Notes: generated from the letters alone by a model not told the origin. A DNA stretch of 64,000 nucleotides from Minisyncoccota bacterium (GCA_023229865.1 JALNYL010000007.1:325-64324), one strand, 5' to 3'; shown: positions 48,874 to 59,180, numbered from the stretch's first letter. Numbers and translations are program-made.

Positions 48874-49671
48874 CTAGGGGAGTTCAACGAAGTTGAGAAT
48901 AGGACCATCTTCGGTAATCGTTACAAATGAGCAAAGGTTTTTAACCCAGCACCCTGTATTGATATACTCGATGTCGGTTTCTCGTTGTCGCAGTGCCTCG
49001 TGGGTGTGCCCACAAAAGATTACGTCGACATTTTTCTCTCTTCCGTATTTCAGCGCCCCGAGAGCGACCATAGCTGATTCTCTGCGCCATTCACCACTTT
49101 TGCGTGCAAGCCAGCTTTCGATGTGGCGATGATGAGGGTCGAGAATTTGAACGATGCTGTGTAGGGCAACAATTATTTTTGTCATCAGGGGGCGGTCGTT
49201 AACAAAGTGATCAAACTGGTCGCCATGAATCGCCAAGTAGCGCTTTCCTCCGCACTCCCAGATGAACTCATTGAGAACTTCTATGCCGATGAAATAGCGG
49301 AAGATATCAATGGTCGCATTGTCATGATTGCCACGAATCCACACTTCTGTAAGTGGGAGATCAGGGTCAGTGAGTTTGCGTATCCGTGAAATGACTTTCC
49401 ATTGTGCGCCCGAGATCCGCTTGAACTCAAGATCGTGGAAGATGTCTCCCAGAAGAATGAGATGACCTTCTATCCAAAAAGTATTGAGCATTGCAAGGAG
49501 TGCTCGTGCGCGACAGGCCGCTGTCCCAAAATGCAAATCAGAAATAATGAGCGAATGAACAGTCCTGCGCCCTTCTTTTGGTGGTGCCTGATTGAGTTCC
49601 CCAGAATCATTATCGACGAATCGCCAATATGACACCCCGGGCTCATCACGAAGATGAATTAATGATTTCAT
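48874..49671 (-). CDS. Calcineurin-like metallophosphoesterase (LpxH-like)
   Basis: ISDLHFG, GDIFHD, GNHD and GHTH motifs. AGGAGG RBS. The upstream part of the tracked ORF is excluded. Confidence 0.65.
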   Translation of the reverse strand: MKSLIHLRDEPGVSYWRFVDNDSGELNQAPPKEGRRTVHSLIISDLHFGTAACRARALLAMLNTFWIEGHLILLGDIFHDLEFKRISGAQWKVISRIRKLTDPDLPLTEVWIRGNHDNATIDIFRYFIGIEVLNEFIWECGGKRYLAIHGDQFDHFVNDRPLMTKIIVALHSIVQILDPHHRHIESWLARKSGEWRRESAMVALGALKYGREKNVDVIFCGHTHEALRQRETDIEYINTGCWVKNLCSFVTITEDGPILNFVELP

Positions 49672-49810
49672 TGAATGCCTCCTGAAAAGTAAGCAAAAAG
49701 TACGATTACCGTGTATATGGTTACAGAAATATATTTGTTTTGCAAGGTGATTTTCTTGATGCTGGGAGCTGCTTATCAAGAACCCACATTCTGCGTTATA
49801 CTGTCTGGTA

Positions 49811-50596
49811 ATGGACGTACATCTATTTGCGATATCGATACTAGAAGGGCTAACAGAGTTTCTCCCCATCTCCTCGACGGCACACCTCATCCTTGCGTCA
49901 AAGGTTTTTTCTGTTGATCTGACGACTTCGTATATTAAATTTTATCTGCTCTTCATTCAGCTTGGCGCACTCGGGGCGGGAGTTTTTATTTTTGCGAAAA
50001 AGATATTTACCGATAGGCAACTTTTTATAAATATTTGCGTGAGTTTTTTGCCGAGCGCGGCAGTGGGATTTATTTTTTATAAATTATTCAAAAAACTTTT
50101 GGAGGGGAACATGCTCCTCCTTGCCACGATGCTCGCACTTGGGGGACTCGTCTTCATCTATCTCGAGAAGGTGTTTATGAAGCGCGGGGGAGTGAGTGAT
50201 GTGGGTGAATTTGGGAAGAGTGAAATTTCAAAAACGGATGCGTTTATTGTTGGGCTCGCGCAAGCAGTCGCTATTATACCTGGAGTCTCGCGCTCGGGAG
50301 CGACTATTATCGCGGGGATTCTCCGTGGTATTAAAAAAGAGACTATTATTGAGTACACGTTTATTTTGGCATTGCCAACTCTCGGCGCCGCGGTTCTCTA
50401 TGACGCATACAAGTCGCGCGCCCTCCTCGAGAATATCGCAAGCTATCAGGAGTTGCTGTTTGGGTTTGTGATATCTTTTATTGTCGCAACTATTACCCTC
50501 TATCTTTTGAAAAAATATCTTTCACGATTGTCGCTCGTATTTTTCGGCTGGTATCGTATTCTCCTCGCAGTTTGCGTAGTAATATTTTTTCTTTAG
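49811..50596 (+). CDS. uppP: Undecaprenyl-diphosphatase
   Basis: N-terminal LEGLTEFLPISSTAHL. Eight TM helices. Confidence 0.85.
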   Translation: MDVHLFAISILEGLTEFLPISSTAHLILASKVFSVDLTTSYIKFYLLFIQLGALGAGVFIFAKKIFTDRQLFINICVSFLPSAAVGFIFYKLFKKLLEGNMLLLATMLALGGLVFIYLEKVFMKRGGVSDVGEFGKSEISKTDAFIVGLAQAVAIIPGVSRSGATIIAGILRGIKKETIIEYTFILALPTLGAAVLYDAYKSRALLENIASYQELLFGFVISFIVATITLYLLKKYLSRLSLVFFGWYRILLAVCVVIFFL

Positions 50597-50638
50597 TAAA
50601 AAATGAAAGCCCCTCGTTCGGCTGAACGAGGGGCGTGG

Positions 50639-50974
50639 TTATTTAACTACGTGGAGAATCGGCGGATGACTCACCTCGGGGGATACCATTTCTTTGATCT
50701 CCGCGGAGGTGCGAATCATGTCGCTGGTCGGAGGGCCCCAGACGCCGAGATTGTTTGGTATTGCGTAGTATTCCTCGCTACATAGTTTGCAACAGAGGAA
50801 GTTGCCGTTGGATGTTTTTCCGTATGGAGTTGAGGTCCAGACATCATGTTTTTTCATCAGGCAGGGACGGGCTGGGATGGTTTCGATCGCAGGAATTTCT
50901 TTGATCTGCTTTTTCTCCTTTTCCTTGTTCAGGTCTCCCTTCCCTTGTTTCAATGCACTGTTTCCTTTGGACAT
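50639..50974 (-). CDS. Hypothetical Cys-rich small protein
   Basis: Lys-rich N-terminus. CLMKKH...CCKLC cysteine cluster. Confidence 0.3.
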   Translation of the reverse strand: MSKGNSALKQGKGDLNKEKEKKQIKEIPAIETIPARPCLMKKHDVWTSTPYGKTSNGNFLCCKLCSEEYYAIPNNLGVWGPPTSDMIRTSAEIKEMVSPEVSHPPILHVVK

Positions 50975-51085
50975 TGGTGGCGCCTTTCTTTCGTAGAAAA
51001 AGTACAATTCCCCGTTAAGGGTCCTACACAATTATAAGTAGTATATTGAGAAAAGTCAACCCCTGAGCAAAAAAACAAATCCCCC

Positions 51086-51505
51086 TCATTGCGAGGGGGA
51101 TTGAGTGGGGCGATTTTCGGGATCACGCTTTCGTGCGGTTTCGCGTCGTGTGTCCAGTTCGTTAATGTATTGTTTACGGAGAACGCGAGGGAGCTTGTTT
51201 AGTTTGTCCATCGTAGCGTCCTTTTGAGCTGTTGTTTCGCGTATTCCGAATGCAGCCCTCGTGTTCATTTTGAGTCGCATCTTGAATCGCTCCCAGTTAA
51301 CCAACTTTTCAAAAGCTAGGGTATCAGGGAGGAAAGATGGATGGAGAATATCCTTCCGCACCCACAAGGCACACCACCAGAGGCGGAAGTACCAAGGGGT
51401 TCTCGTGCAGAGCGCGCGGTCGATTTGATCCCATTCTTGAACGACCCAGATTGCGCCTGCTGCCGCTCCTGCAATGAGGAACAAAAACAATATGACAATA
51501 TTCAT
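51086..51505 (-). CDS. Hypothetical membrane protein
   Basis: GGAGG RBS before MNIVILF. One TM helix. Confidence 0.3.
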   Translation of the reverse strand: MNIVILFLFLIAGAAAGAIWVVQEWDQIDRALCTRTPWYFRLWWCALWVRKDILHPSFLPDTLAFEKLVNWERFKMRLKMNTRAAFGIRETTAQKDATMDKLNKLPRVLRKQYINELDTRRETARKRDPENRPTQSPSQ

Positions 51506-51603
51506 CTTGCCTCCAAGGGTTGATTTCGGTAGGAACTTGCTGAAGAGAACCATACCACAGAGCTTCTATTTGCGCAATGGTTTAAGACTGATATAATAAC
51601 GGG

Positions 51604-52452
51604 ATGAAAACCATTTTCGAAACATTTAAAAAGAGTATTTATAATCCAGCTTTTTATCAGGAAGCCGCAAACGCTCCCCTCGGAGAGATTGTGAAGTATT
51701 ATGTGAAGGCAATCTCTGTCCTCACTGTCTTCCTTGTTGTGGTGATTAGTATCTTCTTGATTCCTCAAGGGATATCATTTGTAAAAGAGCGCGCTCCGTA
51801 TCTTGTAAAGGCGTACTACCCACAAGAGCTCTCTGTCCACGTCGAAGATGGCATCGCTTCAGCAAATGTCCCTATGCCATACATTGTTTCGCTCAAGTCA
51901 TTGTCAAAGGCAACCACTACGGGAGCGATAGAGAATATGCTCGTCATTAATACGTCAGAGGATTTCGATAAAAATAAATTTGAAGAGTACAAAACATTTG
52001 CGCTTCTCACGAAGAATGATCTCGTGACAAGGGACAACGGGGGAGCGATCACGATTCAGTCGCTCAAGCCCATGCCGACAACAACCATAGATCAAAGCGT
52101 TCTCCTTGGCTGGGTGGCAACTACCCAGGATTACTTGTGGAAGATCGCAACCTTTGTGTTTGTCGCTTCGCTCCTCTTGGTTTTTTCTGGGTACATTATG
52201 TACCTTATCCCACTCCTTATCTTTGCCCTCATTCCTAAGTTTGTCGCGTACATCAAGCGCACAGAACTTTCTTATGCTTCTGCGTACAAGATGAGTTTGT
52301 ATGCTATTGTGCCCGCGCTCGCGCTCAAGACGTTACTCAATGTGATGGGAATCTTCTTCCTTCCATCGTATTTCACACTTCTTGTGTTTATGCTTATTAT
52401 CTCGATCAATATGCGCAATGTAGAACAGCCGACGTTATTCGAAAACAAATAA
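51604..52452 (+). CDS. Hypothetical polytopic membrane protein (DUF1189-like)
   Basis: Several TM helices. Confidence 0.3.
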   Translation: MKTIFETFKKSIYNPAFYQEAANAPLGEIVKYYVKAISVLTVFLVVVISIFLIPQGISFVKERAPYLVKAYYPQELSVHVEDGIASANVPMPYIVSLKSLSKATTTGAIENMLVINTSEDFDKNKFEEYKTFALLTKNDLVTRDNGGAITIQSLKPMPTTTIDQSVLLGWVATTQDYLWKIATFVFVASLLLVFSGYIMYLIPLLIFALIPKFVAYIKRTELSYASAYKMSLYAIVPALALKTLLNVMGIFFLPSYFTLLVFMLIISINMRNVEQPTLFENK

Positions 52453-52465
52453 TTATAAAAATCAT

Positions 52466-53080
52466 ATGTCATACGAGCAAATCGCATCAGATGAAGTAAT
52501 CGCAAAAGTTGTCGCAGCTCTCAAGGAGCGCAACGTGACCGCTGTTGTGGTCGACACAAAAGAGCAGGCACTCGAAGAAATAAAAAAGCTTATTCCGGCG
52601 GGTGGCTCAGTGATGAATGGTTCGTCGACCACACTAAATGAGATTGGCTTCGTGGATTACTTGAAGGCGGGCGAGCATGGCTGGGATAATGTGCATAAAA
52701 ATATTTTGGAAGAAAAAGATGCTGCAAAAAAAGAAGAACTTCGTAAGCAGTCGGTGCTCGCTGATTATTTCCTCGGCTCTGTGCATGCTATCACCGAAGC
52801 AGGGCAACTCCTCATCGCTTCAGCGTCGGGCAGTCAGCTCCCGAGCTATGCTTTTTCTTCGGATAATGTGATCTGGGTTGCGAGTGCAAATAAAATCGTC
52901 GCTGATCGCGAAGCCGCTTTTAAGCGCATTGAAGATTATGTATTTCCTCTTGAAAACAAGCGTATGCAAGGCGTGGGGTACCCGGGTAGTACTATTGGTC
53001 GCGTGCTCGTCTTTGAACGTGAAATAATGCCAAACCGTCACCTCACGATGATTTTAGTAAAGGAGAAACTAGGGTACTAG
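52466..53080 (+). CDS. LUD-domain protein (LutC/YkgG family)
   Basis: LUD_dom-like alpha/beta pattern. No metal-binding cysteines. Confidence 0.5.
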   Translation: MSYEQIASDEVIAKVVAALKERNVTAVVVDTKEQALEEIKKLIPAGGSVMNGSSTTLNEIGFVDYLKAGEHGWDNVHKNILEEKDAAKKEELRKQSVLADYFLGSVHAITEAGQLLIASASGSQLPSYAFSSDNVIWVASANKIVADREAAFKRIEDYVFPLENKRMQGVGYPGSTIGRVLVFEREIMPNRHLTMILVKEKLGY

Positions 53081-53218
53081 GAAGAGTATTTCAAAAGCCC
53101 CGCCAATGATTGGGCCCAATCATTGGCGGGGCTTTTCTTTTGCGTGCTTTACATCAGTAAAAAAGAGGTATAGGATTCTTGTTGGATTTAAATCTTTGTA
53201 CAACCGAAGGAGCCTCAA

Positions 53219-53671
53219 ATGAAATTCATAGAATGGTTTAAGGGGGAGAGGTCATACCTCGCTAATTTTTTTAGCCCAACCCTTGTAGCAACTATTTGTA
53301 ATCATGAGACGAAAAGGACGGGGCCCGTCACTATTAACGGGAAAACTTCAATCCTAACGCTGGTGGTCGGTGAAAATGGACGCCCTTCGTATTGTTTGGA
53401 TTGCCTCGGGAAGATGTCTGTTCGTTGCGTGCTTTGCGAAAAAGAGATTCGTGTCGAAGATAGCATCAGACTTTATAAAGCATCCTGCTTCCCGGTGCTT
53501 CCTCCTCATGCGGTGCGGTACAGGTATGACGAGAGTTATGTGATCGGCTGCATTCGTCCAAGTTGTGCGGACACTGAAATCATTCCTCTTCCATCACCGC
53601 TTTTGACCCCAGAACTTTCTCCTTATGGGAGAGAGATTTTGACAGCCCACCGTTTGCGCAGAAATCAGTAA
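53219..53671 (+). CDS. Hypothetical protein with a CxxC...CxxC zinc-ribbon-like motif
   Basis: CLDCLGKMSVRCVLCEK. Confidence 0.3.
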   Translation: MKFIEWFKGERSYLANFFSPTLVATICNHETKRTGPVTINGKTSILTLVVGENGRPSYCLDCLGKMSVRCVLCEKEIRVEDSIRLYKASCFPVLPPHAVRYRYDESYVIGCIRPSCADTEIIPLPSPLLTPELSPYGREILTAHRLRRNQ

Positions 53672-53706
53672 AAATTAAAAACCCGCCATTTCGGCGGGTT
53701 TTGTTT

Positions 53707-54180
53707 TTATGCAGTAGTTTTTAATTTTTTCCAAACGACTATTCCAAGGAGGAAGAGAAGTGTCGATACAAGTGCAGAGAGGAGGCAGTAAACACAAAAT
53801 GCCCCGATGAGAAATTTTTGTACATAAATAAAGTAACACGAAGAAAGGAACCCAGCGGTCGTCGCGAGGGGGATTAGTTTTGCAACGAGAAGATTTTTTG
53901 TGTCGATATAGAGAAGCGTGAGAAAACCGATACCGAGATAAAATACAACACCCCAGAGCGAGAGAGGGACTCCAAAGAGGACTGAGAGGGGAGACTTTGA
54001 AACCTCATCGCATCCTGAGGTGATGAAGCAAGGGATGGGTGTCCCTGAGAGGCGTTTCGCAAGGAGGAAAGCTGAGTCAGTAAAGCCAATGAGCGCAAGC
54101 GCAATGATTGCCCAAATTATCCAATTAGGGAGTTGTCCTATAAGTGTGCGAGGCGAAGTTGTTGATTCGTTGTTAAACAT
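53707..54180 (-). CDS. Vitamin K epoxide reductase (VKOR)-family membrane protein
   Basis: Four or five TM helices. Active-site CFITSGC. Loop cysteine. Confidence 0.7.
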   Translation of the reverse strand: MFNNESTTSPRTLIGQLPNWIIWAIIALALIGFTDSAFLLAKRLSGTPIPCFITSGCDEVSKSPLSVLFGVPLSLWGVVFYLGIGFLTLLYIDTKNLLVAKLIPLATTAGFLSSCYFIYVQKFLIGAFCVYCLLSALVSTLLFLLGIVVWKKLKTTA

Positions 54181-54200
54181 GAGAGTGTGTTTAAGAAATA

Positions 54201-54881
54201 TTATTTCACTTGCTCGCTTTCTTTGGTTCCCTGTGCGATTGCGTATTCAATGAGAGCAGTCAACTCTTCTTTTGAGCGAGGGTTTTCTGCCATCTTTCCA
54301 TTAATAAAGAATGTTGGTGTGTGATCGATTGCCGAAAGCTCACCGCTTTTCTTGCTGCGCTCAACGCGAGCTTTTGTGGCGTCGCTCATCACGTCAACTT
54401 TGTACTTTGAGATATCGAGTCCGAGTTTTGTTGCGTATCCTTCAAAAAATGTTTCTGGCTTAGAAACTTCTGACCACTCACTCTGGTTTTTAAAAAGCAT
54501 ATCTGCCATCTCCCAGAATTTTCCCTGGTTGCCAGCTGCTTCCGCTGCGTATGCTGCCGCGAGCGCGTTCTGGTGTTGAGGGAGGGGGAAGTGTCGATAG
54601 GTGAAAGAAATTTTGTCTTTGTACTCAGCAAACACTGCTTCAAGGAGTGGGTGATATGCGCCACAAGCAGGGCACTGGAAATCACTGTACTCAACGAATG
54701 TTACTTTTGGAGTTTTGCTTCCTTTGGTTTGATCCGTCTCATCAAGAGGAAGATTCATGGTGCCGTCTTTGCGGGGAAGCTCTGTGGGGCCGTTTGTGGC
54801 AACCTGATAAGCACCAATAGCAGCAATACCAACTACGAGCGCCGCCGAAAGCCAAACAATCATTCTTTTTTGTGTATCCAT
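54201..54881 (-). CDS. DsbA-like thiol:disulfide oxidoreductase (membrane-anchored)
   Basis: N-terminal TM helix. CPAC active site within EYSDFQCPACGAYHP. Confidence 0.8.
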   Translation of the reverse strand: MDTQKRMIVWLSAALVVGIAAIGAYQVATNGPTELPRKDGTMNLPLDETDQTKGSKTPKVTFVEYSDFQCPACGAYHPLLEAVFAEYKDKISFTYRHFPLPQHQNALAAAYAAEAAGNQGKFWEMADMLFKNQSEWSEVSKPETFFEGYATKLGLDISKYKVDVMSDATKARVERSKKSGELSAIDHTPTFFINGKMAENPRSKEELTALIEYAIAQGTKESEQVK

Positions 54882-54951
54882 AGTATTCGTATGGTAGCAA
54901 GGTTTTTGGTGTTTGGGAAGTTTGTCATTTGTCGTGTAGAATGTAGGTATT

Positions 54952-56253
54952 ATGAAATACCAGGGATACATGAATGAAGGGGCGGGGGTAGTAGACTCCT
55001 CGCGTGCGAGCGAATACATTGCGACCATGCGTCGTGCGATGAGTGATAGCTCGTACGCTCTCCCCGAGGCATCACTTCGTTTGCCTTTTGATGAAGAGCT
55101 TCTTAAAAAATCAAAAACGCTTGCGGTAAAACTCGCAACACCGAAACTCTCTTACATTCTTGATATTGGGATTGGAGGATCAAACCTTGGTGCGAAGGCG
55201 CTCTATGAAGCGACAGCGGGTGTGATGGATCCACACACGCCTTTTGCCCCCAAGATGATTTTTGCGGACACATGTTCACCCGAGCTCCTTTCGGATATTA
55301 CCGAGCTCCTCCTTAACGATGTGATGGACAAGGAGGAACTCATTATTATTGTCGCAAGCAAATCAGGGACAACCACAGAAACTATTCTCAACGCATCCGT
55401 CCTCGTGAGAGCACTTGAGGAAAAATTTGGACCGCTCGCTGATCGCATTGTGTGCATTACTGATGAAGGGTCACCTTTGTGGCAAGTAGGGGAGAAGCAG
55501 GGTTTCCATTTGTTGCCTGTGCCGAAAAAAGTGGGCGGCCGTTACTCAGTGTTTTCTCCTGCAGGAGTGTTCCCTCTTATGTGCGCAGGGATGGACGTCG
55601 AGCCACTTATGCGCGGAGCGCAGTCTGCTATCGACGACACTATTGAGAGAGGGATTGAGAGTAATGCATTTCGTGCAGCGCAAGATATCGTCACGTGGCA
55701 CGCGAAAGGTGCGGTTGTTTTTGATTTCTTTGTATTTCATCCCGAGCTCGAGTCCGTGGGCAAGTGGTATCGTCAGCTCTTTGCAGAAAGTATCGGCAAA
55801 GAAACAACGATTGACGGAGCGCTAACGACGCATCGCATGGTGCCGACGGTATCTATCGGCTCGACCGATCTTCACTCTGTTGAGCAGATGAATCTTGCGC
55901 AGCCAAGTGTGAGTGCGCGATTTCTCGTGCGTGCGCATGAGCCACACTGGGAACATGAGTTTCTCGCAGAAGATAAAATATTTGCGCCACTTGTTGCGGG
56001 AGTTTCTCGTCGTGCGCCATGCGAAATTCTCGATGCTATTTATAAAGGGGTTGCTGAGACGTATCAGAAGCGTGGTGTTTCGTATGGAGAAATTTCTCTT
56101 ACTGATCTTGACCCTGAGTCATTGGGAACCCTGCTTCAATTTATGATGTGCACGGTGATGCACCTCGCAAGGGAGCTCAATATCAACGCTTTTGACCAGC
56201 CAAACGTGGAGGAGTACAAGGAGGCGACACGTCGCATCCTAAGTGGGAAGTAA
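54952..56253 (+). CDS. pgi: Glucose-6-phosphate isomerase (short type)
   Basis: SIS motif SKSGTTTETI. Pgi C-terminal catalytic region. Confidence 0.85.
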   Translation: MKYQGYMNEGAGVVDSSRASEYIATMRRAMSDSSYALPEASLRLPFDEELLKKSKTLAVKLATPKLSYILDIGIGGSNLGAKALYEATAGVMDPHTPFAPKMIFADTCSPELLSDITELLLNDVMDKEELIIIVASKSGTTTETILNASVLVRALEEKFGPLADRIVCITDEGSPLWQVGEKQGFHLLPVPKKVGGRYSVFSPAGVFPLMCAGMDVEPLMRGAQSAIDDTIERGIESNAFRAAQDIVTWHAKGAVVFDFFVFHPELESVGKWYRQLFAESIGKETTIDGALTTHRMVPTVSIGSTDLHSVEQMNLAQPSVSARFLVRAHEPHWEHEFLAEDKIFAPLVAGVSRRAPCEILDAIYKGVAETYQKRGVSYGEISLTDLDPESLGTLLQFMMCTVMHLARELNINAFDQPNVEEYKEATRRILSGK

Positions 56254-56322
56254 GGAGTTCTTTTTGTGTTCGTCATGATATAATAGTTACATTAATAGGT
56301 TTGCTTTATATACTTACAAATT

Positions 56323-57120
56323 ATGGAAAACAGCAAGGCAAAATTGTTCCAGGCGCTCACCGTGTTCGCAATGCTCGGTGCAGTACTCGTTGGCTCAATG
56401 ATTATTTCTGAAGTTAAGGGTTATCGTTTTATTGGAGGTGGGGTTTCTGCTTCTAATACGATTTCTGTTTCAGGGGAAGGTGAAGTTTTTGCAGCACCTG
56501 ATATCGCAAATATTTCATTCACGATTCGCGAGAGTGCCGCGAAAGTCTCCGACGCTCAGGACAAGGTATCTACAAAAGTAAAAGCAGCACTCGCTGTTGC
56601 ACGCAAGGCTGCAGCTGACAAAGATATTAAAACTCAAAACTACAACTCATATCCAAAGTATGAATGGCAGGAAGGGACTCCTTATTGTGCAGGGATAGAA
56701 TGCCCACAGTATCGCCCCGGGAAGCAGGTGATTGTTGGTTATGAAGTTTCTCAGACAGTGACGATCAAAGTGCGTGATCTCGAGAAGGTAAACACACTCG
56801 TTGATGGTCTTGCAGGAGCGGGTGTCACTGAGATGCAGGGACCAAACTTCGCTATCGACAATGAAGACAGTCTCAAAGCAGAGGCAAGAAAGATTGCTAT
56901 CGATAAGGCACGCGCAAAGGCAGAAGTGCTTGCTCGCGATCTCGGTGTTGACCTTGTGCGCATCGTCTCATTCTCAGAAGGTGGCAACTATCCAATCTAC
57001 GCGCGTGAAATGATGGTAAGCGCAAAGTATGACAGCGCCGGAGGTGCTCCAGCTCCAGAACTTCCTCGTGGAGAAAACCAAATTGTTTCAAACGTTACGG
57101 TTACGTACGAGATTAGATAG
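56323..57120 (+). CDS. SIMPL-domain (DUF541) secreted protein
   Basis: Signal anchor. ISVSGEGEVFAAPDIANISFTI. Confidence 0.65.
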   Translation: MENSKAKLFQALTVFAMLGAVLVGSMIISEVKGYRFIGGGVSASNTISVSGEGEVFAAPDIANISFTIRESAAKVSDAQDKVSTKVKAALAVARKAAADKDIKTQNYNSYPKYEWQEGTPYCAGIECPQYRPGKQVIVGYEVSQTVTIKVRDLEKVNTLVDGLAGAGVTEMQGPNFAIDNEDSLKAEARKIAIDKARAKAEVLARDLGVDLVRIVSFSEGGNYPIYAREMMVSAKYDSAGGAPAPELPRGENQIVSNVTVTYEIR

Positions 57121-57211
57121 TAGGGGAGGGAGAATATTTAAAATTAAAAAAAGAGCGGGCGCCTTGCGGCGCCCGCTCTTTTTTGTGTGAGATTTGTAGA
57201 TCTGGGAGCCA

Positions 57212-57239
57212 TTGACAAAACAGTTAAAATATGTATAAT
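57212..57239 (+). promoter_or_regulatory. Near-consensus sigma70 promoter, almost identical to the one at 4492
   Basis: TTGACA, 16 nt, TATAAT. 26 of 29 nt identical to 4492-4520. Confidence 0.5.
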
Positions 57240-57305
57240 ATAACAAGCTTTTAATAAGTACTTTTACAGTAATTTCCTACAACTGTTCTCAAAAGGAGAA
57301 TCGAA

Positions 57306-58274
57306 ATGGCAAAAGGCAACGGTAACAAGAAGGGTGGCAAAGACAAGGGTGGCAACAAGGGCGATGCCAACACCAAGAAGGTCAAGAAGGGTCAGGGCAA
57401 ACCTCCCGCTTCCGCCGAAGTGGTGGTCAGGCAGAAGGGCCCCGCGCCCAAAAGCTACAAGCCGGCAGCAAAGATTTCCGAGACGATGCAAACTGTCGCG
57501 GGGACATATAACGGATTTTGCGGCCTGGTGAAGGTGCACGACATGCAGTTCCGTTTTTCTGCCGAGACCTCCGAAGACGGCGGAAAGTTCAACGTCGTTC
57601 GCCTGGTCTACGCCCCTCCCTCTACTGAGCTCTGCAAGGTTAAGGATTTCAAGACGGGCGTCAAGCTCGAAAGCCTGAAGAGCGCGGTGTTCGTCTCGGA
57701 TTACGAGAAGGGGACCGAGCAGTACGAACTGCAGGCGAAGATCTGGAAGTTCTGGACCCGCGTTTACTCGAAGGAGGGCCTCCACATTTATTCAACGAAA
57801 AAGGTCGCCCCTGCCAAGGCCCCCGCTGTCGAAGTGAAAGCCTCGGCTTCGGTCGCGGATTTCGTCTCCTACAAGAAGGGTGCGTACAGCTTCGAAGCTT
57901 CGGGGCCGAAGGTGGTCGTGTTGATCGAGGGTTGTTCCGCTGCTCCGTGTGCCCCGCAGTTTGGCGCTACGGGCAAGTCGACCCACAAGATCAAGCTCAT
58001 CTCGGTCGATGAGGGTCACTCGCTCTCTGGTTGCAAGGTTGGTACGTTCTTGTACTACCGCGACGACCTCTTCTCTGGCAAAACCCCGACGTTCACGGGT
58101 TCGTCTGCGAAGGATTGCGGTAAACTCTACGCTTATCTGGCGAATGTGCTCATGCTCTATCGTCGCGCCGTTGTGGACAAGATCGTTTCCTCTCAGGACG
58201 CATCGCAAGGTGCCGTCGTTGGGGAGAAGGTCGCCGCCAAGTTGGCTCATCGTCGCGTCGCACAGGCTGCCTGA
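57306..58274 (+). CDS. Hypothetical protein with a Lys/Gly-rich basic N-terminal tail. GC-rich.
   Basis: AAGGAG RBS. MAKGNGNKKGGKDKGGNKGD... Confidence 0.4.
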   Translation: MAKGNGNKKGGKDKGGNKGDANTKKVKKGQGKPPASAEVVVRQKGPAPKSYKPAAKISETMQTVAGTYNGFCGLVKVHDMQFRFSAETSEDGGKFNVVRLVYAPPSTELCKVKDFKTGVKLESLKSAVFVSDYEKGTEQYELQAKIWKFWTRVYSKEGLHIYSTKKVAPAKAPAVEVKASASVADFVSYKKGAYSFEASGPKVVVLIEGCSAAPCAPQFGATGKSTHKIKLISVDEGHSLSGCKVGTFLYYRDDLFSGKTPTFTGSSAKDCGKLYAYLANVLMLYRRAVVDKIVSSQDASQGAVVGEKVAAKLAHRRVAQAA

Positions 58275-58431
58275 GCGGGAAATTGCTTCAAAATCACACC
58301 CCACGGTCTATCCGTGGGGTGTTTTTCTTTATACACAGTATTTACTTGGGGACATTGACTTTTTGCGTCTAAAAGAGTACAGTAAGCGAAAGCCCTGCGG
58401 GGCTGTTTTTTAAACAAGAACTAATAATACC

Positions 58432-58614
58432 ATGTCATTCATCGAATATATTAAGGAGTCAAAAGGCGAACTCGCCCACGTATCTTGGCCAACACGCAGC
58501 CAGGCTATTGCGTTTACTGTGCTTGTTATTGTGCTTTCAGTTTTGACATCGTTCTACCTCGGTGCGTTTGATACTTTGTTCACAACCCTCATTAAAAAGT
58601 TCATCGTTCGTTAA
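58432..58614 (+). CDS. secE: Preprotein translocase subunit SecE
   Basis: 60 aa, single TM helix. Position before nusG. Confidence 0.8.
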   Translation: MSFIEYIKESKGELAHVSWPTRSQAIAFTVLVIVLSVLTSFYLGAFDTLFTTLIKKFIVR

Positions 58615-58634
58615 TAATTTTTAATTTTAACTAA

Positions 58635-59180
58635 ATGGCAAAACAAGAAACAACCGGCGAGCGCAATTGGTACGCGATCCACACCTATGTGGGTTACGAA
58701 AACGCAGTGCTCCGCAATTTGAAGCAGCGTATTGAGTCTCTCGGAATGGAGGACAAGATTTTCAACGTGCTCATCCCTATGGAGAAGAAGATTAAAGTGA
58801 AGGGGACAAAGCGCGTAGAGGTGGAGGAAAAGATTTTCCCTGGTTACATTCTCGTAGATATGATTGTGACCGATGACTCATGGTATGTAGTGCGCAATAC
58901 TCCTCGTGTGACTGGTTTCGTGGGTGCGGGTGTGACTCCAGTGCCTCTCGCAAAAGCAGAAGCAGATATGCTCTTCAGCCGTATGTCAGACAATAAGCCA
59001 AAGCACAACATTGACCTTATCGTCGGTGATGTAGTGACTATTGTTGACGGACCTTTCAAGGATCTTGAAGGCAAGGTTGCAGAAGTGGATGGTGAGCGTG
59101 GTCGCGCAAAGGTTCTCGTTTCGATGTTTGGTCGCGAGACACCAGTAGAACTCGATTTCCTTCAGATTCACAAGATTTAA
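58635..59180 (+). CDS. nusG: Transcription termination/antitermination factor NusG
   Basis: NGN domain NWYAIHTYVGYEN. KOW motif. Confidence 0.9.
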   Translation: MAKQETTGERNWYAIHTYVGYENAVLRNLKQRIESLGMEDKIFNVLIPMEKKIKVKGTKRVEVEEKIFPGYILVDMIVTDDSWYVVRNTPRVTGFVGAGVTPVPLAKAEADMLFSRMSDNKPKHNIDLIVGDVVTIVDGPFKDLEGKVAEVDGERGRAKVLVSMFGRETPVELDFLQIHKI

